64,000 bases of DNA from Flectonema sp. DT1601 (Eukaryota). Below the pieces are notes generated by a model. That model was not told where the DNA came from and made no database searches. It worked only from the letters and a program-made list of their open reading frames with translations. Both the position numbers and the translations under genes were made by a program. The stretch is taken from positions 930,001 through 994,000 of the forward strand of contig OZ025805.1 of the NCBI GenBank assembly GCA_964019425.1. Reading direction: 5' to 3'. Of the stretch, positions 32,952 through 45,075 are shown piece by piece (position 1 is the first letter of the stretch; each line of letters starts with the position of its first letter).

Positions 32952-34127
32952 ATGCAACTCTCGATCGCGTTTCCAGACACAGGATTTCCCGACGTTATTT
33001 TCATAGCTACGGGAGATTCGCTCGTGAAGGCTGCATTGCAGATTGCAGCCGATGAGTGGGGTACCGATACTGACTTTCTTGAGCTTTCTCTCGCAGGAGC
33101 ACGGCTTTCAGCAGGTGATCGATTAGTGTCGTACGGAGTGGAGGACGGCTCACTGTTGGATGCATCGGTGGTGCGCTTGTTTGGATTGGAATGGTTCACA
33201 GATGCTGCAAAGAGAGCGAAGGCATTCCTACGAGGAGAACGGGATCAGGACGGGTTTTTGTGCCTTGATACTCCCACATTCGCTGTGGATGGCTGTCTTC
33301 AGTTTAGTAACAGTGAGTGGTTTTCGGATGATGTTACGAACATCTCATTCAGCAACTCTGAACCCTCAGTCACGACCGTTTCGGATGATTTCTTATCCTC
33401 ATCTCGTAAGGTTAAAAAGGTCAGTCTTCCTGGTCTTCAATACGTCACATCTGTTGGTAATGATTTCCTCAGAAATTGCTGTTCACTTACATCCGTAGAC
33501 TTGTCAAGCCTCAGCAATGTTTCAGCTGTTGGAAATGATTTTCTCTCTTATTGTGTATCCCTCACATCCGTAGACTTGTCATGCCTGAGCAATGTTTCAG
33601 CTGTTGGAACTTATTTTCTCGCTTCTTGTTCATCCCTCACGTCCCTGGACTTGTCATGCTTCAGCAATGTTTCAACTGTTGAAACTTGTTTGCTAAGTCA
33701 TTGTTCGTCCCTCACATTAGTGGACTTATCGAGTCTCAGCAATGTTTCAGCTGTTAGAAATTGTTTTCTAAGTCGCTGTTCATCCCTCACATCTCTGGAC
33801 TTGTCATGCCTCAGCAATGTTTCAGTTATTGGAAGTTATTTTCTAAGTCATTGTTCGTCCCTCACGTCCCTGGACTTGTCAGGTCTCAGCAATGTTTCAA
33901 CTGTTGGAAGTTATTTTCTAAGTCATTGTTCATCCCTCACCTCCCTGGACTTATCGAGTTTCAGTAATGTTTTAATGATTGAAGTGCATTTTCTGAATTA
34001 TTGTACATCTCTAACGTCTCTGGACTTGATCCTCATGGATGTGAAATGTGTTGGAAACAGTTTCCTCAAAGGTTGTTCATCTATTAACAGAGACGAACTG
34101 CATACGAGCATAAGGAACTTTAAATGA
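32952..34127 (+). CDS. Ubiquitin-like domain plus 25-aa leucine-rich repeat (BspA-like) protein, copy 1
   Basis: N-terminal UBL-like LELSLAGARLSAGDRLVSYGVEDGS, then repeats CSSLTSLDLSxLSNVSxVGxxFLxx. Confidence 0.85.
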   Translation: MQLSIAFPDTGFPDVIFIATGDSLVKAALQIAADEWGTDTDFLELSLAGARLSAGDRLVSYGVEDGSLLDASVVRLFGLEWFTDAAKRAKAFLRGERDQDGFLCLDTPTFAVDGCLQFSNSEWFSDDVTNISFSNSEPSVTTVSDDFLSSSRKVKKVSLPGLQYVTSVGNDFLRNCCSLTSVDLSSLSNVSAVGNDFLSYCVSLTSVDLSCLSNVSAVGTYFLASCSSLTSLDLSCFSNVSTVETCLLSHCSSLTLVDLSSLSNVSAVRNCFLSRCSSLTSLDLSCLSNVSVIGSYFLSHCSSLTSLDLSGLSNVSTVGSYFLSHCSSLTSLDLSSFSNVLMIEVHFLNYCTSLTSLDLILMDVKCVGNSFLKGCSSINRDELHTSIRNFK

Positions 34128-34454
34128 CATCAATCAATCAATATAACCAAACTGGTTAATATCAGAACAAGGTAAGTCTCATTGATTACTTCTCACATAT
34201 TTGATGGGTTGTAACTTATGGAAATTAAGAAGGACCTAAGAGTGACAAGTAGTATAAGATTATGGCTCCTGAAACTACGTATTCCACAAGTGTATTATGG
34301 AACAGCAGAACAATTGTGTTTTTATAACATTTTTGTCTGTGTCTTTTAAGTAGTTATTGTTGTTTTTGCGTTTAATTAATTTAAAGCAGAAAAAAAAAAA
34401 GGTGTTATTTTATTTTATCTAAATAAAGAAATCCACAACAATGAATTATATTAC

Positions 34455-34733
34455 ATGTCATTTAATGTAATCCGTGATCAGTTGGAGTCATTTAATGATG
34501 AAGTTTTAATTAAGACGAGGGGGGTTGAGTTAGCGAGACTCCGCGTGTTACAATCTGATAAACGAACAGTTGATGTTGTGACTGAGAGATGGCGTCAACA
34601 AGCTTCGTTGGATATCTTTGTTGTGAATAATATAATCTGCAGTCGTAGCTCAACTGTCATAAAATTGCCATACAGATATTCACCTAGTAATACACCGAGA
34701 GGAAGGTTATCACCTGAACCACCTCCAGGGTGA
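34455..34733 (+). CDS. Small hypothetical protein (92 aa)
   Basis: ATG-initiated, non-low-complexity ORF between two genes; no family recognised. Confidence 0.35.
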   Translation: MSFNVIRDQLESFNDEVLIKTRGVELARLRVLQSDKRTVDVVTERWRQQASLDIFVVNNIICSRSSTVIKLPYRYSPSNTPRGRLSPEPPPG

Positions 34734-34850
34734 CAAACACTTCTATTCAATATCTCACCTGTTGTAATGTATCTTTTTTATATTTCTGTTTTATTTTTTG
34801 AATTGTTCACCTCTTATTTTTCATCAGGGATTCAACACGACGCTTTAGCC

Positions 34851-36317
34851 ATGTCTTCGTTGAGTTCGTTGTTTGCATCGATTCCAATTTTTGAATTCTG
34901 GTTTAATATTTCAGAGATGAGAACATTGAAATGTGTCTGTAAAGAATTGTTTGTAGAAATGGAATATCTCATTCAAAGAAGACATAGTTGTGTTTTAACA
35001 GAGAAATATTGTAATTGGAGCCGACTTGAACAGGTTGTGACTCTGAGAGATGGATGGGAACCCGACCAAGACTCCTCAATAGAAATGATAAATTTATTAA
35101 AAGATTTTATTTTCGCGCAATGGCCGTACTCAACAGAAATGAGACACGACTACCAACTATTAGCATATGAATTCCAGATATTAAGCGACAATCATGCGAG
35201 TCCAATATATCAAGGTGCTAGAGGGTTATCAGGTGGAGCAATCAAAAAAGATACTCTGTTTGATCTATGGCCGTGTCAACCATCTTTACAAGTATACTAC
35301 ACACTGAATTGTTTAGGAGAGAGAAATCAATATTCGAGTAGGAGTTTTGATCCTCCTCCTGGAGTATTGGAGTGCTTTAAAATACTATTTCAATCAAGTG
35401 TTCAAACATCAGACATCATTAGAGACTATTGTGGTTGGGATGAAGCTGAGTATCTACTCAGCGCAACGATTCTAAGCTGTAAGATACCCGAACCGGGTCG
35501 GGTTGGTGAAAGTCATTCCAGATTTAACTATGAAGCCCAATGTGATCTTCATCCGTCGTTTATGAATCCAGGAAATACTTGTGTTTATAATTTTATGTAT
35601 GATCTTTTTGAATACATTGCAACATGTAAACATTCAAGAGAGTGGCAACTGTTAAATTTTATTTCAGTATTGAAGTACGTTTCTAATCGAAAACAAGTAG
35701 ATCTAAACAGCTACAGAGACAGCATCGCAATACCAATCGACGTTATAATAATCCAACGAAAAGTTGTGTCGGTTTACTGCTATGCTTTACGAAACCATAC
35801 TCTAGAGGACAGTTACCAACTTAGAAACTTATCTGTTGGATTGAAACACTTAATTTCAAAAAACAGAACAGATATATTAACCATTATATTTGAAGAATGG
35901 TTTTCTTTTATCGACGTTCCTCCAACATATTTCATAACACCTTTTCTATGTTGTAAACAGAGTAGGGTTATTTTGATTTCTTGTTTGTGGAATTGTCCAA
36001 TTCCTTTTATTGTTAATTTCTTTTTTGAATTATTGAAAAGACGTGAACGAGTACCAATCGAGTCATTGTGGTTATTAAAAAAAGATATTCTCATCAACGC
36101 TGTTGACGAAGACGGGAACGACGCTATTCTGACAATCTCAGGAGTGAGAGGACGGGTTGAGAGGATAGCTGAATTTCTTATTCAAAACGGAGCAGCTGTT
36201 GATTCGAAAAATAATTTTGGTCAAACAGCACTTGACCGAGCGGCAGCAATCCGCAACAAGACCATGATGGGACTCCTATCTGAACATATCAATGAAAGTA
36301 TTCTTATAACTTACTGA
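34851..36317 (+). CDS. Protein with possible N-terminal F-box-like segment and C-terminal ankyrin repeats
   Basis: IFEFWFNISEMRTLKCVCKEL resembles an F-box end. INAVDEDGNDAI..IAEFLIQNGAAVDSKNNFGQTALDRAA are ankyrin repeats. Start at 34851 or 34767. Confidence 0.75.
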   Translation: MSSLSSLFASIPIFEFWFNISEMRTLKCVCKELFVEMEYLIQRRHSCVLTEKYCNWSRLEQVVTLRDGWEPDQDSSIEMINLLKDFIFAQWPYSTEMRHDYQLLAYEFQILSDNHASPIYQGARGLSGGAIKKDTLFDLWPCQPSLQVYYTLNCLGERNQYSSRSFDPPPGVLECFKILFQSSVQTSDIIRDYCGWDEAEYLLSATILSCKIPEPGRVGESHSRFNYEAQCDLHPSFMNPGNTCVYNFMYDLFEYIATCKHSREWQLLNFISVLKYVSNRKQVDLNSYRDSIAIPIDVIIIQRKVVSVYCYALRNHTLEDSYQLRNLSVGLKHLISKNRTDILTIIFEEWFSFIDVPPTYFITPFLCCKQSRVILISCLWNCPIPFIVNFFFELLKRRERVPIESLWLLKKDILINAVDEDGNDAILTISGVRGRVERIAEFLIQNGAAVDSKNNFGQTALDRAAAIRNKTMMGLLSEHINESILITY

Positions 36318-36650
36318 TGAAGATTTTCTTTTACATTTTGATTTAGTCTCCTTGTCACTGTGACTGTTATTTCTTGTTCTTGTGATTCGCATTGCACAGC
36401 AGACAGTATTTATTGTCTGAATGCATTTCCATTTAATCTGTTTTTGTTTTGCAGCGATTCCTATCCTTTACGCAGCAGATCAACTCTCTTCTCTCATTTA
36501 ACTTTTTCGAGGTTGGCAGATAATTCCTCCTTTCGTAGCATTCATTCTGCGGGAAAAAAAAAAAAATCAAAATTATTTTTTTTTTGTGTGAATTTTTTTT
36601 TCAATTTCTTAAAATTACAGTCCAAGTTGAACAAAAAAAAAAAAAAAAAA

Positions 36651-38483
36651 ATGTCTCGTTTTCGACAAAAAACGGTTGCAGCGACGACGTCTTTTGAAGA
36701 AGAAAAGGCAAAAGGAGTTAACGAAGTCATCACCCTACTAGTTGAAGGGGGGTACTTTAGGGCGAGGATCTCAGCAATTGATGTTTTCGATAAGATCGCA
36801 GGAGGATTAGCATGGGCGATATTGAGCAGCAGAGAATCAATTGACGTTGATTTCAAAGAAAATTCCAACATTGGACACAAACTTAGAGTCGGTGAAAACA
36901 TAGAAAACGCACTTGTATCTATGGAATGTCCATTCGAATTACAGGCATTTCAAATTCAAGGTATGGACACCCCCAAACTAATTCCTGTGTTAAAATGGCT
37001 GCTAAAGAGAGTAGCTATTGTTAGACGTGAACAAGAAGCTTCTCTTTATCGTCATGGTGAATTACTTTTTGATAGATGTTTTAATATTAAAGACTCACCA
37101 TTTTATGAAAAAAAGATCCTGTCAGTACCAACTCCACATCGCCGTTACAAACGAAAAGACGACGAAGACCTGTCAAATGAACTCAGTCATGTGTCAAGTG
37201 TTTTACTTGAGTATGGTCACACCTATAGAGTAAATAACGAATTGGACATCGATGCGTTGAAAGAAGATGAGACTGATCAACGCGCCAAAGAAGAAGCCCG
37301 TCGCGCCCATGAAGAACAAGAACGAGAACTTAGAGCAATGGAAGAAATGTTAGCACAGATGCCTTCCATTAAAGAGCGCAGTAAATTATCAACATCGGCA
37401 GTGGGTGGTATCGTTGCTCAACAATCAAGTGAAATAGCACAGTTCTCCGCAGAGTATGAATCGAGAATGGCAGAGCTTCGTGCCGATGCTCTCAAAGACG
37501 ATAATGAAATGGCCAATCTTCACAAAAAGAAAACTCAACTTGAAAAGCGTCAAGCAGCTCTTAAAGAAGAACAAGAAAAGTATGCTGAACTTGTAGAGTC
37601 ACAGAGACTTGCACAACAACAGGCAGACAAATTATCGAAAGACTGCGGAAAGAAGGAACGTCGACTGAACAGAATTATTGAAGAGATCCGGAATATAGAA
37701 ACCCAACTAGCAGAAAATCCAAAGAAAAAATCTTTGTTTAAAAAACTCTTAAAAGCATTGGAAAAGATAGAACAAATAGAAAAAGACTCTGATGCTTTCA
37801 GAAAGAAATGTAGTGAACAGCAATCTAGTTGGAAGAAGAAGACTCAAAAGGCTGCTGACAGACTCCAAAAGGCTATCGAATACGGTGAAGACGAAGATGA
37901 ACTGTCAGCATTACGTCTCCAGTTAGAAAAGGTTAAGAGTAGAATGCAGCCTATTGTCAAAGAAGTAGCAGCGAAAGATAGACAAATTGCGACTCACCAA
38001 AGAACTATTGATCGGATCCCTACTCGTGCGGAATTAACGCAGTATGAGAAACGATTTCATGAACTTTACGAACAAGTTGCTTGGAAATTTGAAGAGACCA
38101 AACAAAACTACAATCGCTACAACGTGTTAACTGAAACAGCTGGATATTTGTCTAAAGAAACTGAACTTATGAAATCTCTTGAGTCTCAGATACAAGAAGT
38201 AATGGGAGCATCAAAAGATAATGACATGAAGGAAGCACTGGCTGACGGTATAAATGAAATCGTTGCAAAGATTGAAATTAACAACAAACGAGTCGATGAA
38301 GAAATCGATTCAAGCAAATCAAAATACCTCTCAAAGGAAGAGGAATACTCTTCTCTCATTGCTGTACAACGTTCATACCTCCAGGGTGTTAAAGAGCTTA
38401 AGGAAGCGTTTTCTAAAAATGAACAACTTCAAGCAAAACATGAAAGTATGACTGCTGCCATAGCAGATGCGAAGAACGGATAG
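36651..38483 (+). CDS. CCDC93: Coiled-coil domain-containing protein 93 (CCC/Commander complex)
   Basis: LLVEGGYFRARI..FDKIAGGLAW..CPFELQAFQIQGMD..WLLKR and IPTRAELTQYEKRFHELY signatures. Confidence 0.93.
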   Translation: MSRFRQKTVAATTSFEEEKAKGVNEVITLLVEGGYFRARISAIDVFDKIAGGLAWAILSSRESIDVDFKENSNIGHKLRVGENIENALVSMECPFELQAFQIQGMDTPKLIPVLKWLLKRVAIVRREQEASLYRHGELLFDRCFNIKDSPFYEKKILSVPTPHRRYKRKDDEDLSNELSHVSSVLLEYGHTYRVNNELDIDALKEDETDQRAKEEARRAHEEQERELRAMEEMLAQMPSIKERSKLSTSAVGGIVAQQSSEIAQFSAEYESRMAELRADALKDDNEMANLHKKKTQLEKRQAALKEEQEKYAELVESQRLAQQQADKLSKDCGKKERRLNRIIEEIRNIETQLAENPKKKSLFKKLLKALEKIEQIEKDSDAFRKKCSEQQSSWKKKTQKAADRLQKAIEYGEDEDELSALRLQLEKVKSRMQPIVKEVAAKDRQIATHQRTIDRIPTRAELTQYEKRFHELYEQVAWKFEETKQNYNRYNVLTETAGYLSKETELMKSLESQIQEVMGASKDNDMKEALADGINEIVAKIEINNKRVDEEIDSSKSKYLSKEEEYSSLIAVQRSYLQGVKELKEAFSKNEQLQAKHESMTAAIADAKNG

Positions 38484-38880
38484 AAAGGACAAAACAGTCA
38501 GTTTGAGTATTCGACCGAATTTATGTACAATACGGGAAGACGACCAGTTTGACTTTTTTTTTTAATGTTGATTTTGTTAATTTTTGAGTCGAGGGGGGAA
38601 AAAAAAAATAACGAAAAAAAAAAAAAAAAAAAGACGACAGAAAGTAATACTATCGTCCACCATGTAGCGATGTGCATTCCAGTCCGTGTGTCTCAGTTCC
38701 TTGCGCTAGCATATAATGGGGAGGAGAACAAATTTTTCCATTTTTTTTTTTTTTTTTTTTTTTTTTCCCCTATTCTGTTGTCTTCTCTTTTATTATGCGT
38801 CGGAATGTCTGAGTGATGTGTTCTTGTGATTATTCATAATCGTGTGGATATTGATTAAAGAGAAAAAAAAAAAAAAGAAA

Positions 38881-38911
<31 letters not shown>

Positions 38912-39118
38912 ATTAAAAACCTCACGTGTGTGAGGAAGGCAATGTTTCGTTATGCAGGTAAGTATAAAACACACTATTTCAGCAAAAAAAAAATGAATTA
39001 TTTTTATTTTACAGGTTGAAAAAAAAGTTATCTCTTTTGTTTTGATACCAAGTAAGGAGGTATAGTCGAAAGCCTTATAACTGATTTCTTCTATCAGAAG
39101 GAAGTGACACAAAACAAC

Positions 39119-39370
39119 ATGTCATCAACAGGATCTGGTGCAGCAGGAAGCGATCCCATGCCACTAAAACATATGATAACAGTGTTCGGAGTTGATAGTT
39201 GTAAAAATACAGTATCTGAGAAGCAAGCATTATCAAAAAAGAAAGTCGATTGGGGGTTTGTCGATTGCAATAAAGATCCAAAGCAATGTGCTCGTTTTGG
39301 AGCTTCTGTTGTTCACCCGGTGACTGTAGTAGTCGGTTGGGACAAGGGATTGTTTAAGGGAATCCCATAA
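39119..39370 (+). CDS. Small glutaredoxin/thioredoxin-fold-like protein
   Basis: ITVFGVDSCKNT..VDWGFVDC..HPVTVVVGWDK resembles a NrdH/glutaredoxin fold with only one active-site Cys. Confidence 0.5.
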   Translation: MSSTGSGAAGSDPMPLKHMITVFGVDSCKNTVSEKQALSKKKVDWGFVDCNKDPKQCARFGASVVHPVTVVVGWDKGLFKGIP

Positions 39371-39813
39371 AAAAAAATATAAATAACCCAAATTCTGATT
39401 GGTGTGTTTACAACGTGTCGATACTCCTCTTTTTGTGTGATTTTTTTTAATTTTTTTTATCGTTTTTTTAATTACACCGAAACGGATACCTTTCCCTACA
39501 CGCACGGTTTTCTTTTTTTTTTCAAAGAGAAGGTAAAACCTTCTAGTCTTCTAAAAAAAGTAAAAAAAAACCGACCCTAACTACAATTACCAAACACCAG
39601 ATAACCAACACACATAAATATGAATTCATTCCCTGACAACTGAAGGAAGCGTTTTTGAGTACTCTAATTGAGTGTTGTTAACTTTATTATAAACGAACTT
39701 TTGCGTTCGATTGAATTTTCCCACCCCTCTCTTCCCCTTCTTTTGACTGATAACCATTAATACTAACTTTATTATAATTCATTTATATTCAGGTTGGGTT
39801 TTAATATTATCAA

Positions 39814-40824
39814 ATGATTCCAGCTGACCAGTTCTACACAGCGCTCCCTGGAATGTTACCTATGGGAAGCACCGCTGTATTGGTTGAAGTACAGAGGGCA
39901 GATGAAAAACGAAAGCAAATGGAGGAAATGGTGAAGGAGAAGGATAGAGAAGTGGAAGGCAGGAAGAAAAGTCAACGAGAATGTTTGACGAAGTTGGATG
40001 CTTTGAAAATTACAGTTGACGGTAATGTTAAGAGAGAACAAGAAGCCTTATCAAAAGTTGATGAGATAAAAACTGCTACAACTTCTCTAATGAACACACT
40101 CGATGACTTAACAAGACAGACCAACTCATCTGAAGCGCGCAGACACGGAATTCTATCAAAAGTAGAAAGAGCTGCTCGAGAAACAAAAGAAGCCCAAGAG
40201 CGTGAGCGACAGGCACGTGAAGAACTCCTTAAAGAAGAATCATCTCTTCAGATACTTCGTTCTAAAGTTATAAATATCAGACAAGACGCATCTCAAAGAC
40301 AACGTTGGCAAGACACTGCGGAAATTGAACTTGAAAGAGCGAAAGCAGAAGTCGCAAAAAGTATTCTTCTTCACAGCGAACAACTAAAAAATCTTCAAGA
40401 AGCTGAAAACGAAGCAACCAAAACTGAACAAGACAGAGAACGTTGTTCACAAGACTTGGACGAAGTTAAGAGATCACAAGCTGTGATTAGAATGAACCTT
40501 ATTGGATCTCAGAAACATGATGTGAAACAACTAACAGATTCTGTCTTAAGTAGTTGTACTGCTGCTCGGAGTGGTATCGCAGGAATTGCAATTGGTACCC
40601 ACAAAGAAAGAGCTGAAGAGATTCTAAACAATTCTCGTCTCGACTCTTCTCTGCTCGAACTGAAGGCCGACTCAACTGAACAGATGCGACGAATTGCTGC
40701 TGACCGTTTGGACACACTCCGCAGGACTATTGATTTCACATATTCTTATGAACCGAGTTCTGCTATTCCTATACCAACAGCAGTACCTGCAGCAGCTCAA
40801 CACAAAGTATTATCTCTAGGGTAA
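39814..40824 (+). CDS. Hypothetical coiled-coil protein (336 aa)
   Basis: Long E/K/R/Q-rich heptad ORF. Confidence 0.8.
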   Translation: MIPADQFYTALPGMLPMGSTAVLVEVQRADEKRKQMEEMVKEKDREVEGRKKSQRECLTKLDALKITVDGNVKREQEALSKVDEIKTATTSLMNTLDDLTRQTNSSEARRHGILSKVERAARETKEAQERERQAREELLKEESSLQILRSKVINIRQDASQRQRWQDTAEIELERAKAEVAKSILLHSEQLKNLQEAENEATKTEQDRERCSQDLDEVKRSQAVIRMNLIGSQKHDVKQLTDSVLSSCTAARSGIAGIAIGTHKERAEEILNNSRLDSSLLELKADSTEQMRRIAADRLDTLRRTIDFTYSYEPSSAIPIPTAVPAAAQHKVLSLG

Positions 40825-41246
40825 TGAACTGACAACAAAGAGAGATGTCATTCTCTAATGATGTGCTCTACACTGAAAGGCGTGTTCTTTTCTTGTTTAA
40901 GTAATCTCTTGTAACAACTTTCCAAACAAAGAAAACTTCTTTTTACTTGTAGAAACTGTTTTATTGTGAAAAAATAGACCTGTCTGTAACTGTGCGTCTC
41001 GCACTATTTTTGTATTGTAGTAACTTGTACTGCTATGGGTATCGTGTTGTATCTTTTTTTTTGTATTTTTTTTTTTTTCTGTTCTTTTTGTGTGTAGATC
41101 TTTGCAGATAGCAAGGAAAAAAAAAACACAAGAAAAAAAAAAGCAAAGAAACAAAGGCATATCCCTTTCTGTATCGTACACTTTTTTTGTTGACGAATGT
41201 TACTTTAACTAATATTGTGTTTATTTTTTCTAAAGTAAGGAACCAC

Positions 41247-43358
41247 ATGGATGTTCAAGGTGGGCACCCCGATGTACTGCGTGGCGCGGCTGCGGCTGCA
41301 GAGGCGGCAGGACTACTAGCGCTGGGTGATGCAGAAGGGGCTGTCAGTGCATTAAAAGCTGCTGCACGAGCGACGCAGGACGCTCAAGACACGAATGGAA
41401 TAAATAAAGAACAACACTCTGAATTAATTAATAGCAACAAACGACTATTAGAATTAGCTGAGAGAGCTCTCCTGGAACAAAGTCCTCAATATTGTGACGC
41501 CTCTACTCAAACTGATGATCAAAACTTTGACGTAGAACAGGTCGATCAATTTAATATTTCAAACACATCTTTTCATCAACAAAGTAACAAAGACGTTGCT
41601 CAAGAAGCATCTGCAGCCCTTCGACGTGTAGAAGATGAAAAGGAGTGGCTAACCGCACGTGTTAAAGAACTTGAAAACAAAGTTTCAGCAAGTGAAGCAC
41701 TTGACACTTGGGCATTAGAATCAAAATTATCTGGCACTGCATCAACACAGGAATCACAAGCAGTGGCAATGCTACAAACACAACTTGATACTTTGAAATC
41801 TGAAATGGAAACACACATTGAACAGCGTCAGAGAGCATCCAGTGAAAAGAAAGGAATGGAAGAAAAAATTCAAACTCTTGAAACAGAATTGACTGCTAAA
41901 GATACAAAGCAACAAGTACCTAGAATTGATCTCGGGAAATTAAATGTTGCTAATCAAAATGGATCGAAAAGATTGGAAACTGTGAGTTTGCCTTCGAGAT
42001 CGTTGCCGTCATCTCCGCTGTCTTCGCCTAGAAAAAAGCAAGGTGGGCTTTTGAGGGCTTTTCGAAACAGGAAGAATACCACCATCGTACATGAGCCAGC
42101 TCCTCTACCTCCACCCGCACCGCTTACGGCGAGAGTGCTACAAGAAGACGACGACCTACTCACGTTGGGTAGTCCGGCAATTTCACCGACATCGCCAACC
42201 TTTGGGCAAGATAATGATCTGCCTTCAACAATTACTGATTTATTCAGTGATTTTCCGTCATCAATAAATTCACATTTCAGCTCCATCTCAACTCTAACAT
42301 CCTCTGGAAAAGTACTCCAAACAACAACAATACAAGGTTCACTAGAGATGGTGTGTGATACCATGTTAAGTGATACTTTTTGTTCACAATATCACTGTGC
42401 TCATGGTGAATACACTAAAGGTAATGGCAATGAATTAGGATGCAAGTATAGCAAGTGGCAATCACATGCAGTCCATCCAAAAAATGCTGGACATCGAACG
42501 TTAGACTGCACAACTATAGTACAGGCACCGTGGTCTCAACATACACAGTTTATTGAAAGGCAGCGATATTGTAAGACAACAAAGAAAGTTATTCTTCAAG
42601 TGTCATCTATGACTCCAGGAGTTATGTGCGGAGAATGTTTTCGTTGTGAAGTTGCAGTGGTGTTAACAAGCAATAAAGATAATGTAACTGCTACTGTCAC
42701 TGGATATGTTCACTTCATGAAATCACCTTTCATGGGATTGAAATCTAAAATAACATCGACAGCAACATCAGAACTTAAGGATTCATTTCAATTATTTCTA
42801 ACGATGCTTGCTAGTAAGATGAGTAGTCCTACGACGCCAAGTCGACTACCGAAATTTGACACTAAGGATAATCCGACAAAAACATTCAAATCTGAAGCAC
42901 CCATTATCACCACCGACAGCAGCAATCTATCGAGTGAGTCGGTTGAAAGTGATAACAGTTTTGTATTCGCATCGGGGATCGTATATTTATTTGCTTCGTG
43001 TATGTTGTCTGGGATATGTCATCGCATTGCTGTTGTTACTTCTGAAGCGACGGCAAATTTTCAAAATTCAGCGTCTGCAGCTAAGTGTTTAGCCTCATCA
43101 GCGCAAGCTTCTTTCTTGTCAGATATTCCTTTACCGATTGTTGAATGTGATGTTGATGTTGCTTCTTCAATTTTGTCTTCTGTCTTGGACTCTGGTCCTG
43201 AAGTATTCCGTGCTTTGCAACCTCTTCAAAGTCAACTGTTCTTTGTTATGTCTTCTTTGTATAACGTGGCTTATGTTGTTTGTATTATTTTATCACTTAT
43301 TACATTGTTCTTGTTGGTTCATATTTACAATAATCCAAGACGAATTGCTTCGGGGTAG
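41247..43358 (+). CDS. VASt (StART-like) lipid-transfer domain protein with coiled coil and C-terminal TM
   Basis: SSMTPGVMCGECFRCEV..VHFMKS..LKSKI matches the VASt T-x-xVP-x-G-x-x-F..VxFxKS..KxxI pattern. Hydrophobic C-terminal helices. Confidence 0.7.
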   Translation: MDVQGGHPDVLRGAAAAAEAAGLLALGDAEGAVSALKAAARATQDAQDTNGINKEQHSELINSNKRLLELAERALLEQSPQYCDASTQTDDQNFDVEQVDQFNISNTSFHQQSNKDVAQEASAALRRVEDEKEWLTARVKELENKVSASEALDTWALESKLSGTASTQESQAVAMLQTQLDTLKSEMETHIEQRQRASSEKKGMEEKIQTLETELTAKDTKQQVPRIDLGKLNVANQNGSKRLETVSLPSRSLPSSPLSSPRKKQGGLLRAFRNRKNTTIVHEPAPLPPPAPLTARVLQEDDDLLTLGSPAISPTSPTFGQDNDLPSTITDLFSDFPSSINSHFSSISTLTSSGKVLQTTTIQGSLEMVCDTMLSDTFCSQYHCAHGEYTKGNGNELGCKYSKWQSHAVHPKNAGHRTLDCTTIVQAPWSQHTQFIERQRYCKTTKKVILQVSSMTPGVMCGECFRCEVAVVLTSNKDNVTATVTGYVHFMKSPFMGLKSKITSTATSELKDSFQLFLTMLASKMSSPTTPSRLPKFDTKDNPTKTFKSEAPIITTDSSNLSSESVESDNSFVFASGIVYLFASCMLSGICHRIAVVTSEATANFQNSASAAKCLASSAQASFLSDIPLPIVECDVDVASSILSSVLDSGPEVFRALQPLQSQLFFVMSSLYNVAYVVCIILSLITLFLLVHIYNNPRRIASG

Positions 43359-43979
43359 CTTATTTGTTATTATTTTTTTCTTTCTTTCACTTTGACAGCT
43401 ATTTCTTCATCGCTTCTTTTATTTGGGAAACGCCTCTGAATCTTTCACTGGTCAGTATGATTTTTCAATGTGTGGTGTTGTGTTAAAGAGTAACCTCCGA
43501 TACGATTGTTTATTTTTCTCATTAAAAAAAAAAAAATAACTAAAAATAATATTTTATTGAAAAAAGAAGATACGAGTTGCTCTCTCTTTATATATATAAA
43601 CAAAGAGTGCCTTCACGATACAAGACGAAACCAGGTACGGTGTTAGGTTTATCTGTTTGAAGGAAAACTAATTTGTAATCTTCCTCTTGTACTACCCTTG
43701 TCGACGTATACCATCTCGAAGGGGTCTCTCCCCATCAGTAACCTGTTCATGTTGCCTGTTTGTCTGTTTATGTTGCTCGTTGGAATCACTCATTCAGCTG
43801 CATGTGCAGCGTCTTTTTTTGACCTTGTCTGAAAAATAATACTTATTCTTGTTGAAATCAATCTTTTTCCCATCTTTTGTTGTTGTATGTTATGATGTTA
43901 ATATTCTTTATGTTATTTTATTTTATTTTATTTTATTTTTTTTTTTTTGTGTTGCATCCGCTGTGCTGTCTCTTTGTCA

Positions 43980-44013
<34 letters not shown>

Positions 44014-45075
44014 GGTAAATTTATATATTTTAATGAGAAGTTTTTTTCAAATTGTAGATCTCACATTACTTCTGATTCGACGTGCTTCGTATTTAAATCT
44101 AGACACTTGCACGAATGGATGAATGAGATGTTCTAAAATTTAATGAAACTCCTTCCGAGGGATGAAGTCTCTGTTTTGTTTCGCTCTATATAACATGATC
44201 TATCAGTCTCTCGTTTATTAATAAAATGGTGAGTCTGTTGGTGTTCTTAAACCAGATCTTGCCTTGCTAGCTAATCATTATGATTGAGTTTGTTTGTTTG
44301 TTTGTTTGTCTGCTGTTTCCGTTTCTTTTTAAATAATCTTCTTATTACCATTTCCTTCGATGTACAGCATGCGAAGTCTTCACAGAATGTTACAACAACT
44401 CAGTCTCACTGGATTTACTTTCCCGTGGGATCGAAGACTTTCACAAACGTGCACCAATACAGAACTTTGCCCTCGTGCACATATGTATCCTACACAGTCT
44501 GCAGAACCAGGGCCTGAGCAAGCTCACCCATCTCGAGTGCAATAAAATAGTTACTCTCTTTTTGTTGGATAGCCATTTACTTCTGGTTAATTCCAATTCA
44601 CTGTCTGAGGGTCTCACGGTTGTGTCCCGTTTCCTTTTGTATCTTCGAAAAAATAGAATAAATTAATATTCCAATTTATGTTTTGGCAATGTTATAAAAT
44701 TCCCGTGTAAGATTACATTCTTCGTTATTATTATTTTAATCCTTGCTCCCTGTGGGCTGGAGATTTGAACGAGATTCTACGTCGCTTTGTGAGCGCATTA
44801 TTTGTTTTGTCATTTTTTTTTATGGTTGGTGAGTGAATCCGTCCCTATCTTTTTTGTTTTATTTTTTTGTATGCTTATCGCAGTTTTGCAAACCTGCAAA
44901 AAAAAAAGTGATTCATGTCATTAGATTTCAGAAATTATATCTCATTCTACATAAACAGGTCCTCGAGTTCAGTCTCTCTCTCCAACAGAAGGTGTGAGAT
45001 TGAGTTAGATAGTTTTATGATAAGTCTCGTTTTGTTTTAATGTTACGTTCCAATGATAGGAAACATTCAAATCAA

